Part shown: one piece after another, positions 19,923-29,925 of the stretch | How the letters are laid out: each line of letters begins with the position of its first letter | How positions within the stretch are numbered: the stretch's first letter is position 1 | Source: a virus | Length of the DNA: 64,000 nt | UHGV virus genome: UHGV-0072281 | Strand: one strand, 5' to 3' | The notes under the pieces: generated by a model | What the model saw: the letters and a program-made list of their open reading frames with translations, nothing else | The model's database searches: none | What the model was told of the DNA's origin: nothing | Program-made: the position numbers and the translations under genes

Positions 19923-22106
19923 ATGCAGAGATTTAACATATTTCGTGAACAGAACATCGCGTTGGCGAAATCACTGATTATTAAATCAGAATCAATCGCA
20001 CAACAGATGAATCTGGCAATAACCGAGAACGGCGGTTTCGTTTCCGATAACCGAAGTACGTGGCGATACTACCTGCATTTAGCAGGACAACGTCACGAAT
20101 GGGATAAGCCCATTTACATAACGTCGCTCGACACGCAAGAGCAGATAGAATTAACGACAGCCAACCTGTCCCGTCATAAAAAGACCTCAAACGTATTTCG
20201 TTCGAACGGTGAGTACATTGAGGAGCTGATCAGAACGTATCCTGACTACGCGATTTATATCCGAGGTGTGTTTAATCCGGTGGATATAAACTACGCCATC
20301 CGTGTGGCTGATTGTTCTATTCTCTATTACGACAGTTCATTAGTGGAGTCGCAAGAGACGTCACTGATGTCGAGATTGGAAGACAGAATAAGGGCAGCTC
20401 ACGTTCGCTATATGTCAGAAGGGTGGAAAGTTCACAACGATGCGTTCGTGTTAGCATTCTACTGTATTCTGTATCCGCAGCTACCCGGCATTATCGGCTA
20501 TATCCGTTCTTCTTTACAGCATACCACGGAAACACACTCGTTTTACGTGACAGAGTTCTTAGCATCACACCAAGAACTTCACGAGTTTATGCCGTATCTG
20601 ACCCAGAAACAGAAATTCATTCTTTATCGGAACATTCGTTACTGGGAACGTAACTCGGGGAAAGAGGAGATTTTCGACTGGCAGATTGATGCATTGCTGA
20701 CAGGTTGGGGGATGCCTGCGGTTGGGTATAATGTTGCACAACAGATACACGAACCGAAGGATGATGATGACTCCACGTTAACACCGTTACCGATCGGTTA
20801 TCAGCAATCGCTTAACTATACGGAAAAGGATTCTGGTCGAGACCTTGACATTGTAACGACGACAGACATTATCCAGAAGGAAGTCGCGTTAGCGTACAAT
20901 AACCCGGCGTACGAACCGGAGTATCAGGAAGACTTAGATACCCGTTTAAGTTTAACGCAATACCCTAACCTGAAAACCAAACTCATTGAAGTTACAGCAG
21001 TCGACCCAGAAGCGATTGAGCGCTTCGAGTATCTGCATAACCTCTTTAACGAATGGGTACATCTCGTCGCGAAAGGGAAATACAACATTTACCACGAGAT
21101 TCTTAACCCAACAAACGGGGATACCTTAAAGCTTAGCTCAAAAGAGTTATTGGCGCTGTTCTTATACGCGGCGTATAAAGGGTATTCTGACGTTGCGTTA
21201 GAAGAGATTCCTGCGTTCAACGTATTCGGGGTGTTAATCAAACGTTGGGTTTCGTTCGACGAAATGGAACAACATTTAATCCCGAGCTGGGAAAACCGTT
21301 TCGAAGCGTTGATTAACTATTATACCGATACACACACAGAAGTCGTCGGAACGATTCTTAGTGCTGATGAACTCTACGACACGGTTAATGAAATCATTAC
21401 CCAGAAACGTCGTCGTTGGCGTTATAGTCAAAACCGTCGGAAGATTCCTGACCGTGCTGCGGGCTTGATGCTGTTTAACTACCATTACCGTGATTATCGC
21501 TGCGATTTAAAACTGAACTACCGTAACTACGATGAGTTCTTTAAAACGTTCGGGTTAGATTATACATTGGTTTCGGCGGAGACGTGGCAAGACATTGCTA
21601 TTGATGCGTTTAACACCGCGACTAACCTGGAAACCCGTGCAACGATTTCACAGTCTGAGATTCAGCGTGCAATGGTACGATTGATGACGAAGTTGTCATC
21701 CTACACCGTACATTTTGCTGCGCGAATGGGGTCAGATTCTTACGACGTTATGGACCCGCTCTGTCCCATCTTAGGGGATATCCCTATGAGTGGGGAGGGG
21801 ACAATTACAATTATTGAACCCCTCTTAGGCGTACAGCAAGTTACGCGTCACCAGTATATATCCACCGACACTGTGTTACCGGCAGCGCCTGTTATTAAAG
21901 AACTGTCGATGCCGCAGCACATCAAACTCAGGATGAACATTTACATGGGCATCCGAGTGAAAGTAACACAGCAGGTTGTGGTGGATATTAACGAGCCGAC
22001 TACCGGGGTTGTTAAAGTGAAATCTTCGCTTGACGATTGGACGTTAAACGAACAGGTGAAAATTAACGATCTTGACGGCTTCACGCTTGACCAGCTACCT
22101 AAGTGA
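19923..22106 (+). CDS. hypothetical protein (~727 aa)
   Basis: ATG at 19923 (track start 19911 is a TTG); diverges head-to-head from the 905-aa gene with an 11-bp gap. Confidence 0.6.
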   Translation: MQRFNIFREQNIALAKSLIIKSESIAQQMNLAITENGGFVSDNRSTWRYYLHLAGQRHEWDKPIYITSLDTQEQIELTTANLSRHKKTSNVFRSNGEYIEELIRTYPDYAIYIRGVFNPVDINYAIRVADCSILYYDSSLVESQETSLMSRLEDRIRAAHVRYMSEGWKVHNDAFVLAFYCILYPQLPGIIGYIRSSLQHTTETHSFYVTEFLASHQELHEFMPYLTQKQKFILYRNIRYWERNSGKEEIFDWQIDALLTGWGMPAVGYNVAQQIHEPKDDDDSTLTPLPIGYQQSLNYTEKDSGRDLDIVTTTDIIQKEVALAYNNPAYEPEYQEDLDTRLSLTQYPNLKTKLIEVTAVDPEAIERFEYLHNLFNEWVHLVAKGKYNIYHEILNPTNGDTLKLSSKELLALFLYAAYKGYSDVALEEIPAFNVFGVLIKRWVSFDEMEQHLIPSWENRFEALINYYTDTHTEVVGTILSADELYDTVNEIITQKRRRWRYSQNRRKIPDRAAGLMLFNYHYRDYRCDLKLNYRNYDEFFKTFGLDYTLVSAETWQDIAIDAFNTATNLETRATISQSEIQRAMVRLMTKLSSYTVHFAARMGSDSYDVMDPLCPILGDIPMSGEGTITIIEPLLGVQQVTRHQYISTDTVLPAAPVIKELSMPQHIKLRMNIYMGIRVKVTQQVVVDINEPTTGVVKVKSSLDDWTLNEQVKINDLDGFTLDQLPK

Positions 22107-22113
22107 GAAAACC

Positions 22114-22641
22114 ATGGCATATCGCGTCGACTTAACGAAAACTCCGAAACAAATTCTGGTAGATCGTATTAACTACGTTTTCGGGGTATCCTATACCACT
22201 GACAACATCGATTTTAACGATAAAGGTGTGCAACCACTGACGAAAGACGAAGCCCGTCGTTATGGACTGGAATCGAAAGTGGCCGCTGACTTTAAAAACG
22301 GTGTTGCGGGGAACCAGGAATTCATCTTAACCCGTGTTGACCTGGCAGCGTTCTTAGCTGACGAACCGGTTACGGTACCGAAAGGCGAAGTAACCAGCAG
22401 CCAAGAACTGGCAGACTATATCGTTGCTCAGACCGGTATTGATTTGACCAAAGACGACATTATGATCGAGCCTATCAGTGAGGAACTCGATTCTTATGAT
22501 GTTCGCTTAGTCCCGAATCACTTATCTTTTAAAGGAACGATTCCGGTCGTATTTACTGACCCCACACCACGTACGTTGGCGTCTCTCGTGACGAAACTTG
22601 CGCTGGACGGGTTCCGCCCTGGAGAATTAATCAATGTCTAA
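22114..22641 (+). CDS. hypothetical protein (~175 aa)
   Basis: ATG at 22114 in frame with track ORF; coupled to neighbours. Confidence 0.5.
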   Translation: MAYRVDLTKTPKQILVDRINYVFGVSYTTDNIDFNDKGVQPLTKDEARRYGLESKVAADFKNGVAGNQEFILTRVDLAAFLADEPVTVPKGEVTSSQELADYIVAQTGIDLTKDDIMIEPISEELDSYDVRLVPNHLSFKGTIPVVFTDPTPRTLASLVTKLALDGFRPGELINV

Positions 22642-23521
22642 TGTCAAAGTTTACGACGGTAAACTCTCGACGGTAACACTTAATGCGATGCGTCTGGCTA
22701 CCGCATTAATTACCGGTGCCGATGTGCAATACCCACAGAAGTCCACACTGAATGAGTTTTATAAGCTCATGCAAACCCCAGTGCCGGACGGTAAAGCACG
22801 TCCCCATTTGCAGTACATGGCGATTGGTAACCGTGGCCACATGGTCGACACATCAGATGTTGTTGCTGATGTTGTTCCTGTAGCTAAAGAACCTATCGCG
22901 TCCGGGATGTTTTCACGCGTTCCGTTTGTCCTGCGTACTAAAGACAACGATTTGTCTGATGAACAGCGTAAGAACTACGCTTTCCGTACTCTGGAAACCA
23001 TCAACAAACGTGAGTATTGGGCGTACTATTTAAAACGCATTGACATGCGTGCAGTAAAAACTACCGACTACGACATTAAGCGTGAGAACGGTGTTGAAAC
23101 TGTAGAAGACTTTGTTTATACGGACACTGAACTGAACCCAGTACCGAAAGTGTTGCCGGATTACGATTACGATGATGACGGTACTGTTGCAATTCCAGAT
23201 GGCCGTTATGTGGAATCAGGTGCAGACCTGGTTATCCCGTGGACGGACTTTGATGTTCAGGAGTACATGAACGTGACCAGCATTATGCGCGGCAGCCCTC
23301 GTAGTTCGATTATCTCTGAACTGGCACTGTGCTCCGGTTTAGACCAGGTAACGTCTGGTGACTCTGCGACTGGTTCGAAGTTCAGTTACACTGAAGCTAT
23401 TGGTGTACAAGCCCTGTATTACATTTCGATGTTTACTAACCTGGCGCAGACGAACGATAAATTGTCACTGACAATCCGTATCGGTCAACCTGCGCCGTTC
23501 TTCTTAGGGACAGCGAATTAA
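22634..23521 (+). CDS. hypothetical protein (295 aa)
   Basis: GGAGA RBS; overlaps upstream stop. Confidence 0.55.
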   Translation: MSNVKVYDGKLSTVTLNAMRLATALITGADVQYPQKSTLNEFYKLMQTPVPDGKARPHLQYMAIGNRGHMVDTSDVVADVVPVAKEPIASGMFSRVPFVLRTKDNDLSDEQRKNYAFRTLETINKREYWAYYLKRIDMRAVKTTDYDIKRENGVETVEDFVYTDTELNPVPKVLPDYDYDDDGTVAIPDGRYVESGADLVIPWTDFDVQEYMNVTSIMRGSPRSSIISELALCSGLDQVTSGDSATGSKFSYTEAIGVQALYYISMFTNLAQTNDKLSLTIRIGQPAPFFLGTAN

Positions 23522-24165
23522 TGTTGATTCCTGAGCCGAGACTTCCCGATAAGATGGTCAGGATCGCGGCGATAGACCCCGGTACGAGCCATCTCGGGAT
23601 GGCGGTGTTGGATTGGGAATATGGCAGCGACCAAGCCGAAGTGGTGTGGGCTGATACTATGCATGTATTAGACCCAACACATCCAAGTGCGTTTGCAGAA
23701 TGTGTTGGTAAACGCGACGATCGCTTAGTAAAACTCGAAGCGTGCTACCGTGAGTTTCTTCGGATTGCGCGTCCGACGTTCGTTGCAACAGAAACGCCGT
23801 TCATGCGGCGGGCAAAACTCTCCGCGTATGAATCTGGCGTAGAGTTACAGCTGATGCTGAGACGGGCGTTATGGGACGTGTTTCCAGAGAAGGTGCTACA
23901 CGGGTTCAATCCGATTATTGTAAAATCATTCGTCGGTGTGGAAGCGAAAGGAACGGACAAAACAGATATGTTTCGTGCCGTAACGAAGTTGTATCGCGAC
24001 CACGCGTTGATTGACATTACGACTTTGGACGAGCACAGTATCGATGCCGTGGCGGTGGGGAATATCTTTGTCAGGGTAAACCTGTTAAACTTGAATAGTC
24101 TCCTACCGCCAAAACAAAAGTCTATTAAGACAGCAAAACGGCGGAGAAGACGTCGGAGGAAATAG
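23521..24165 (+). CDS. RuvC-like Holliday junction resolvase with poly-Arg C-terminal tail
   Basis: N-terminal IAAIDPGTSHLGMAV matches the RuvC GIDPG motif; ATETPF acidic motif; DEHSIDAVAVG matches the RuvC D-x-H-x-x-D-A-x-A catalytic motif; ends KRRRRRRRK. True start may be ATG 23554. Confidence 0.6.
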   Translation: MLIPEPRLPDKMVRIAAIDPGTSHLGMAVLDWEYGSDQAEVVWADTMHVLDPTHPSAFAECVGKRDDRLVKLEACYREFLRIARPTFVATETPFMRRAKLSAYESGVELQLMLRRALWDVFPEKVLHGFNPIIVKSFVGVEAKGTDKTDMFRAVTKLYRDHALIDITTLDEHSIDAVAVGNIFVRVNLLNLNSLLPPKQKSIKTAKRRRRRRRK

Positions 24166-24167
24166 CG

Positions 24168-24746
24168 ATGTCGCAACCAACACAAGACGTGTCGGCCGCA
24201 ATTCTTGACATTCTTATCCAAGCGGGGAACAGAAAGTTAAGTAAAGAGCAGTCCGAAGAACTGTCTAAGATTCTCAAAGACAACTTCGGTGACGAAATCT
24301 CTGTAGACGTAACACGGTCGGGTACAAAGATTCTGTCGGAGTTACGTCCAACGCTTCTTGAGAACCTCGGAAAGATGGCGGAAAACTTTCAGCAGCAAGC
24401 CACAAACGCTGTAGAGAGTTTAGGTGACGAAGTAAGCAAAGAAACGATGTTGACACTGTGGCCGAAACTTGCTGGCGCACAGAAGTTCATTATTGTTCTG
24501 CTTGCATTCGCCACTGTTGTCGTGACAGGCTTCTTAGCGTACGACACTCATCAGAACTTTCCAAAAGACAGCATGGAAGTGTTGTTTGTATCCTTACTTC
24601 CGCTGTTCGGATTGGTAGTGTTCTCAACGTGGCCAATTAAAACATTGGCTTACAAGTCGTTGGAGATTGCTACCAAAGTCGTCGAGAAGAAACTTGAGAA
24701 ATCAGGTCAGGTCATCGCGAAGCCAGAAACAAAGACAACGAAATAA
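24168..24746 (+). CDS. membrane protein with two predicted transmembrane helices (192 aa)
   Basis: GGAGGA RBS; hydrophobic segments FIIVLLAFATVVVTGFLAY and VLFVSLLPLFGLVVFSTWPI. Confidence 0.6.
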   Translation: MSQPTQDVSAAILDILIQAGNRKLSKEQSEELSKILKDNFGDEISVDVTRSGTKILSELRPTLLENLGKMAENFQQQATNAVESLGDEVSKETMLTLWPKLAGAQKFIIVLLAFATVVVTGFLAYDTHQNFPKDSMEVLFVSLLPLFGLVVFSTWPIKTLAYKSLEIATKVVEKKLEKSGQVIAKPETKTTK

Positions 24747-24752
24747 AACCAA

Positions 24753-24790
24753 CCTCTACCTTCGGGTAGAGGTTTTCTTCTTTTTATTTT
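24753..24790 (+). terminator. rho-independent terminator
   Basis: cctctacc-ttcg-ggtagagg hairpin followed by a long T-rich run. Confidence 0.75.
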
Positions 24791-24834
24791 ACAATTTTTG
24801 ATCATACTGTGAGACTTCTAGCGAGGAGATTTAG

Positions 24835-25521
24835 ATGAAGGAATTGCAATTAAGAAAGCGTACTACTCTTATCCCCCTTAAGGAACTAAAACAGTGTCCC
24901 GTTTTCTACTCACCGAAAGATCACCTAGATTTATCTAAAGAGAAAAAGATTATTATTTCTGCCTTCCGAGAAGTAATCAATCTTCGTTATTTCGCGGCAC
25001 CAATGGATTGTGCTATCGAACATGCTATGTTGGATGGAAGAACGTCGCTTACAGTTTACGATTTGTTAGAAGAAAAGAATATCGGTATTGAAACTGGTAT
25101 ACTGAGAGTAAACAAAAATGAGTTATTAGAAAGTCAAAAACAACTAATGACAGGTGTTCAATTACTCTTAGAGCAATATGGCTTCTATTCGGAAAAACCA
25201 ACTTCTGCGGTATCTACACAACCCATCATCTGTGACCATGGGTTTGAGGTAGAATGGAAAACAATTCGAGGGCAAGATTTTATTTTAATACATTGGTTCG
25301 TTCCCTATCTTTGGAAAGAGCGTACCACAGTTTATGCTTTACTTGAATTCGCTGTCTACTGGAGCATTTATAAAAAAGAACGTGCTACTGCAATGAAAAC
25401 GGTAATGACCACACCGTTAAATCAACTTTTTACCTCTGGGTTAGAAACAGATTTTAACGAACTATGTACAACTATTTTCAAGATGGAGTATGGCTATGCA
25501 CCAGTTGGATATAACCGCTGA
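24835..25521 (+). CDS. hypothetical protein (228 aa)
   Basis: GGAGA RBS; first gene after a terminator. Confidence 0.55.
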   Translation: MKELQLRKRTTLIPLKELKQCPVFYSPKDHLDLSKEKKIIISAFREVINLRYFAAPMDCAIEHAMLDGRTSLTVYDLLEEKNIGIETGILRVNKNELLESQKQLMTGVQLLLEQYGFYSEKPTSAVSTQPIICDHGFEVEWKTIRGQDFILIHWFVPYLWKERTTVYALLEFAVYWSIYKKERATAMKTVMTTPLNQLFTSGLETDFNELCTTIFKMEYGYAPVGYNR

Positions 25522-25972
25522 TAAAATCTCCGCTAAATTTCCACAATTACGTGAATACATCAACGACTTAAATTCAATTCGGGAAACACCGGTTAGAATT
25601 ACGTTAGCAGTTGAAGATGATATTACTCACGGTATTGCGATCTGGGAGCCGGGGAATCTTATTTATCTGGTGGTGGCGGAAGGTTCTCGACGTTTCGGTG
25701 TTGGTTCGTTTTTATTGCAATATGTTCAATTGAATTCCGATCGTCAAATGGTGACGTGCCGTGTCCACCCTTCGAACATTGACGGCCTGTGTTTCTTTTC
25801 GAAAAAGGGCTACCAGATTGACCGTTGGTATATCGCCAGCGACTCTCGTCGGTATTTTCGTATGACGAACGGTAACGTTGTTTCGTCATACGCCCCGCCG
25901 GAAGAAGGATATTTGGTGGATTTTATCGAAAACACGCCCATCTTTCTCTCTGTTGCGGATAAAATTTATTAA
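25490..25972 (+). CDS. GNAT-family N-acetyltransferase (probable)
   Basis: RRFGVGSFLL resembles GNAT motif A (R/Q-x-x-G-x-G/A); size ~160 aa. Confidence 0.45.
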   Translation: MAMHQLDITADKISAKFPQLREYINDLNSIRETPVRITLAVEDDITHGIAIWEPGNLIYLVVAEGSRRFGVGSFLLQYVQLNSDRQMVTCRVHPSNIDGLCFFSKKGYQIDRWYIASDSRRYFRMTNGNVVSSYAPPEEGYLVDFIENTPIFLSVADKIY

Positions 25973-25988
25973 CCGTTGAGAGTCTAAA

Positions 25989-26465
25989 ATGATACGTGTC
26001 GAATATGAGACGCGGTGCTTAGAAGACAATCGAGCAAAAGCATTACGTTGTGTTGAAATCGTCCCCGCACACGAACTGGATATTCAAGCTGGTAAGGTTC
26101 GGGGCGTTCCGGTTAAGATCGTACAACACAGCCATTGTTCGCAATATAAAGAGAAAGCTGTCCCAGTAGTACGTTCCAGTAAACGAGAAGACTTTTCAGA
26201 ACTCCGTAAGTGTTTTCAACGACACTACCGCCGGAGTAAATGGAAGGTGTTGGTATTAATGTTAGTCGACGATTTCATTAAAGACCTGGTTTGGGAAGAA
26301 GTGCTTAAAGAGCGTGGTTTTCAACCCAAACCGTTCTCGTATCACTGGGAACGTTTCAAAAAGAAATACCACGAGTCATTGCGTTGGTCTCCGAACACAC
26401 GGAATATGATGCCACGTTTGGAATCAATGCCTTGGCTTCGTGTTTATCTCGATGAGGTAAACTGA
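25989..26465 (+). CDS. hypothetical protein (158 aa)
   Basis: ORF with RBS; no recognised motif. Confidence 0.5.
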   Translation: MIRVEYETRCLEDNRAKALRCVEIVPAHELDIQAGKVRGVPVKIVQHSHCSQYKEKAVPVVRSSKREDFSELRKCFQRHYRRSKWKVLVLMLVDDFIKDLVWEEVLKERGFQPKPFSYHWERFKKKYHESLRWSPNTRNMMPRLESMPWLRVYLDEVN

Positions 26466-26854
26466 TGAAACGTTTTATTACCCCCTTTCTAATGTTACTT
26501 TCGTTTTCTGTATTAGCGGATTTTAAACCTTGTGATATCAGTCGTTACGAACCCGCTGTTCCTGGTGATAAACCAGTCGTGTTTAAAGCAGGTGACCAAC
26601 CCGTAACTGCGGTTCAAAACGAAGAGTTTGCAGTGGTGAACTACGGCAAAACGGAGTTATGCCCTGCGGGTGGATTTTATCTGGTGAACATCAAACGTCG
26701 GACTTACCAGTTTGTTGATCCGGGTAGCTGCTCTGCAACGGTTAAGGTAACGTTAGAAACCGTACCTTACACGAATAAAAACATTAATATACAACGTTTA
26801 ACCTTTTATGCGGGTGATGAAATCACAGCACGTTATCCGTTATACGGGTATTAG
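26465..26854 (+). CDS. secreted or periplasmic small protein with signal peptide (129 aa)
   Basis: N-terminal MKRFITPFLMLLSFSVLA; four Cys in the mature part. Confidence 0.55.
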   Translation: MKRFITPFLMLLSFSVLADFKPCDISRYEPAVPGDKPVVFKAGDQPVTAVQNEEFAVVNYGKTELCPAGGFYLVNIKRRTYQFVDPGSCSATVKVTLETVPYTNKNINIQRLTFYAGDEITARYPLYGY

Positions 26855-26877
26855 TGATTACCCCCCACGGAGTTCGT

Positions 26878-27516
26878 ATGTCTTTTGTAATTGATTTCGA
26901 CGTTGGCCACAGACAGAACTTACTTAATCTCGTTAGTTATTGTAACAGCGACAGTGTACGGAAAAAGCTTTCGGCTGAAAAGGTGGATGTTACGCTCGTC
27001 GGTGCCCCAACACCGGAAGGGCGTTATAAGGTAAAGTTAACGAATCGTAATGATATTAACGATGCGGTAATGATTACCTACACAAAACTTCAACTGAACG
27101 ACTTCCTTGAGATTCCTGCCAAGTATCTTGATTGGTTTGATTTCGAAAACGGACAACCTAAGAACTACGATACGTGGGCAGCTTCCGCTAAAGTCGCCGT
27201 AGAGAAAATGTGCCAAGACCGAGGTATGGTGTTATCGCGAGCATGGGATACCGGTTCGCAATGCCATATCGACTACGATGAATCAATCGAACGGTACGTG
27301 GTCATTTACGAGTGCGACTCTTTTATTTATAGTGCGAGAAACCGATTCATCTTACCTCTACACTTAGGGCAGGTGATTAAAGACACGACATTAGACGGTC
27401 TTGATTACAATAACGAACTGAACAAGAAACCTTTGGCGGATTTGGACGGCGAGTTAGAAGTGTGGATGGGTCAGGCGCTGGTTGAGACAGTAGTCTTAAG
27501 CGGCCTGGAAGTGTAA
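26878..27516 (+). CDS. hypothetical protein (~212 aa)
   Basis: ATG 26878 with ACGGAG upstream (track start 26854 is a GTG). Confidence 0.5.
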   Translation: MSFVIDFDVGHRQNLLNLVSYCNSDSVRKKLSAEKVDVTLVGAPTPEGRYKVKLTNRNDINDAVMITYTKLQLNDFLEIPAKYLDWFDFENGQPKNYDTWAASAKVAVEKMCQDRGMVLSRAWDTGSQCHIDYDESIERYVVIYECDSFIYSARNRFILPLHLGQVIKDTTLDGLDYNNELNKKPLADLDGELEVWMGQALVETVVLSGLEV

Positions 27517-27529
27517 TAGTAACGGTGGG

Positions 27530-27568
27530 TAGAGAGAGCTTTCGGGCTCTCTCTACTTTTCTTTTTTT
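27530..27568 (+). terminator. rho-independent terminator
   Basis: tagagagagc/gctctctcta stem followed by a T-rich run. Confidence 0.7.
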
Positions 27569-27597
27569 CATTATCGACGGTCTTTATGGAGGTGACT

Positions 27598-28152
27598 ATG
27601 AAAGAATATAGAATTGCGATCATCGGGTCTCGAGAAACGCCAGAAGACGTTATGCAGGAAATGTTAGAAACGTTACGGGAAGGGTTTCGAATCTTACGAA
27701 AGAAAGGCTATACGATTACCACCCGTTCTGGCGGGTGTTATAAAGGACCAGACCAACTTCAGTTTATGTTAGCACGCACAGAGGACGTTAAGAGCGTTTG
27801 TTACCTGCCGGATGAAAAGAAAATGTGGTTAGGGAAAATACACCCTAAGGTAGAGTTCCGTTATATCGCACAAGACGTTCAGTACCGCGCAATCGTTGCT
27901 TCACTTCACCCAAACCCAGATAAGCTCTCGCCGATTGCCTGGGCGTTACACGGGCGTAATCTGAATATCATCGCAGGGGATTGTTTAGACGAGCCGGTAG
28001 ACACAGTATATTACTTTAGCGACCACGACAAACACGGGAACGCAAAAGGTGGCACCGCAATGGGTGTGAAATACGCGAAGTCAATCGACGTTCCTTGTTA
28101 TTATCATACCACCGATCGGGATAAGTGGTTGGAAAGCCTTCGTTTATTATGA
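27598..28152 (+). CDS. Rossmann-fold protein, DprA/SLOG-like (tentative)
   Basis: IAIIGSRE followed by ITTRSGGCYKGPD resembles the DprA/LOG-type nucleotide-binding core; GGAGGT RBS. Confidence 0.35.
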   Translation: MKEYRIAIIGSRETPEDVMQEMLETLREGFRILRKKGYTITTRSGGCYKGPDQLQFMLARTEDVKSVCYLPDEKKMWLGKIHPKVEFRYIAQDVQYRAIVASLHPNPDKLSPIAWALHGRNLNIIAGDCLDEPVDTVYYFSDHDKHGNAKGGTAMGVKYAKSIDVPCYYHTTDRDKWLESLRLL

Positions 28153-28323
28153 ACTTGACTTTAACCGCTTTACAAAGGAAACCTCGATAAGCGTCGTAGT
28201 TGAGTTCAGCGATTCACCGTGCGATGGGGTATATCCCCAATCTGATGGGAACAGAAGTTACTGCGTATCCGTTAGCAGGGTGAACTGGGTAAAAGTAAGA
28301 TCAAAGCAAACGAGTAAATTATC

Positions 28324-29457
28324 ATGTCAACGTTAGATAGCGACTTAGAAGTGCTTTGTGACGATTACGACCGACTCGTAGCGTTAGAATCCATTGGAGT
28401 AAAAGACAATTATCCGGCTATCGTTGCTATCCGTAAACGTTGGCTTTTGGATGATGTGGTTGTTGCGTCAGAGTCTGCGGCCATGATGCACCGTGCGCAG
28501 TTTTTGTCAGATACGGAACCTGATAAAGGGATTGGCAAAGCGGCGGCGCGACTCACCGGACGTGCGGTTCGTGGCGTAAGTCGGGTTGCAGGGCGTGCTG
28601 CTAGTGCAGGCGCAAAAGCATCAGCGAGTTTCGCAGGTAAACATTCCAAACAACTTGCTTTACGTTTTGTGGACTTTGCTGAAGCTGCGGGTAAAGAAGT
28701 CATTAAGGAATTAAAAGAAGCGACGTCTAAAGCAACGACCTTAGAACGCAAACTGCAAAGGTTAAATGCACGTCTAAGTTTAATCGATGACAAAGACACC
28801 TTAAAACCGGTTGACTGCGACACGGGAAGCTGGACGACTAAAGTTTGTTTAGAAGACAAACCTAACGTAAAAGCGTGTATTGAGTTCAGTAAGAACCTGA
28901 GCGCATTGGATGCGATGGTCAACGAGTACACCGTTAAAACGCGCACCATTATCGGTAAGAGCAAGAAAGTTACCGAGAGTGGTTTGGAGAAAGTAGGCCG
29001 GTCAACGAACTGGGCGATTAAACGTAGCGCAGGGTTGTTCGGTATTATTGATCCGTTTAAAACGGTGAAAGCGTATCCGTGGCCAGGTAACGTGGTGGTC
29101 GTTGAACACAACGGCGGTAAGATTGAGTGGGCGATTGCTCGTGATGGCGATTTTGGCCACACAATCAAATCGCTGAACTTACACGAAATCGGTTCGGCGC
29201 TCGAAGCCGTTGAAAACATTATCCGTGCTTTACGTCATCGTGGTACGAAGCGACGTAGCGTTGGTTATACCGGTATTTACGATGAAATTCAGCGAATGAA
29301 AAAAGAACTGAAATCGTTAGACGGTCGTGAGTTACGCGATGCTACCGTTCGGTATAAAAACGCACTGCGTTTAGAAGATGCGTTTACTACCTCGTTAGTG
29401 CGTGTTGCGGAGGGCTTACTGGAATGGTGCAGGTTATCGCTGATTGAGGTTAAATAA
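28324..29457 (+). CDS. hypothetical protein (377 aa)
   Basis: Sense ORF in the plus-strand gene series; basic Ala/Arg-rich N-terminal region. Confidence 0.55.
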   Translation: MSTLDSDLEVLCDDYDRLVALESIGVKDNYPAIVAIRKRWLLDDVVVASESAAMMHRAQFLSDTEPDKGIGKAAARLTGRAVRGVSRVAGRAASAGAKASASFAGKHSKQLALRFVDFAEAAGKEVIKELKEATSKATTLERKLQRLNARLSLIDDKDTLKPVDCDTGSWTTKVCLEDKPNVKACIEFSKNLSALDAMVNEYTVKTRTIIGKSKKVTESGLEKVGRSTNWAIKRSAGLFGIIDPFKTVKAYPWPGNVVVVEHNGGKIEWAIARDGDFGHTIKSLNLHEIGSALEAVENIIRALRHRGTKRRSVGYTGIYDEIQRMKKELKSLDGRELRDATVRYKNALRLEDAFTTSLVRVAEGLLEWCRLSLIEVK

Positions 29458-29924
29458 TGCGTATCACTATTATTCTCAAACCCGACAGTAAATACGGAAG
29501 GTTATACGGCGACCAGGTACTCAAACTGCACAACATGTTGTTCGCAGAAGAGAAACTGCGTATTAGTCAGTTAACCGGTCGTGACACGTTCAACCCAATT
29601 GAACACCTAGAAGAGATTTGGCCTCAAGATTATCTCTGTGCGTGTGCGGTGGATGACAACGAACAGCTTCTGGGATTTATGACGTTCTCATTGGGTTCTT
29701 GCTCAAAAGACACGTTTGTTTACATCGGGAATTACTATGTGATTCCTGAAGCACGTTCTCAAGGGGTAGGGCGTGCGCTTATGGACAAAGTCCGTGAATA
29801 CGGAAAGTCCAAAGGTTGTGGTTGGATGAGTCTGGATGTGTTAGACAACAACGTTAAAGCTATCTCCTTGTATGAGAAAATGGGATTCCGTACCGAATGC
29901 AGGGAAATGATAAAGGAAATCTAA
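29457..29924 (+). CDS. GNAT-family N-acetyltransferase
   Basis: ARSQGVGRALMDKV (motif A) and NVKAISLYEKMGF (motif B-like); 155 aa. Confidence 0.7.
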   Translation: MRITIILKPDSKYGRLYGDQVLKLHNMLFAEEKLRISQLTGRDTFNPIEHLEEIWPQDYLCACAVDDNEQLLGFMTFSLGSCSKDTFVYIGNYYVIPEARSQGVGRALMDKVREYGKSKGCGWMSLDVLDNNVKAISLYEKMGFRTECREMIKEI

Positions 29925-29925
29925 A

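Noticed and set aside
23745-24221. 158-aa minus-strand ORF
   Set aside because: Antisense to the RuvC-like gene, which has recognisable catalytic motifs.
28410-29219. 269-aa minus-strand ORF
   Set aside because: Lies entirely within the plus-strand 28324-29457 gene, which fits the operon context; Ala/Ser/Leu-rich low-complexity translation typical of an antisense frame.
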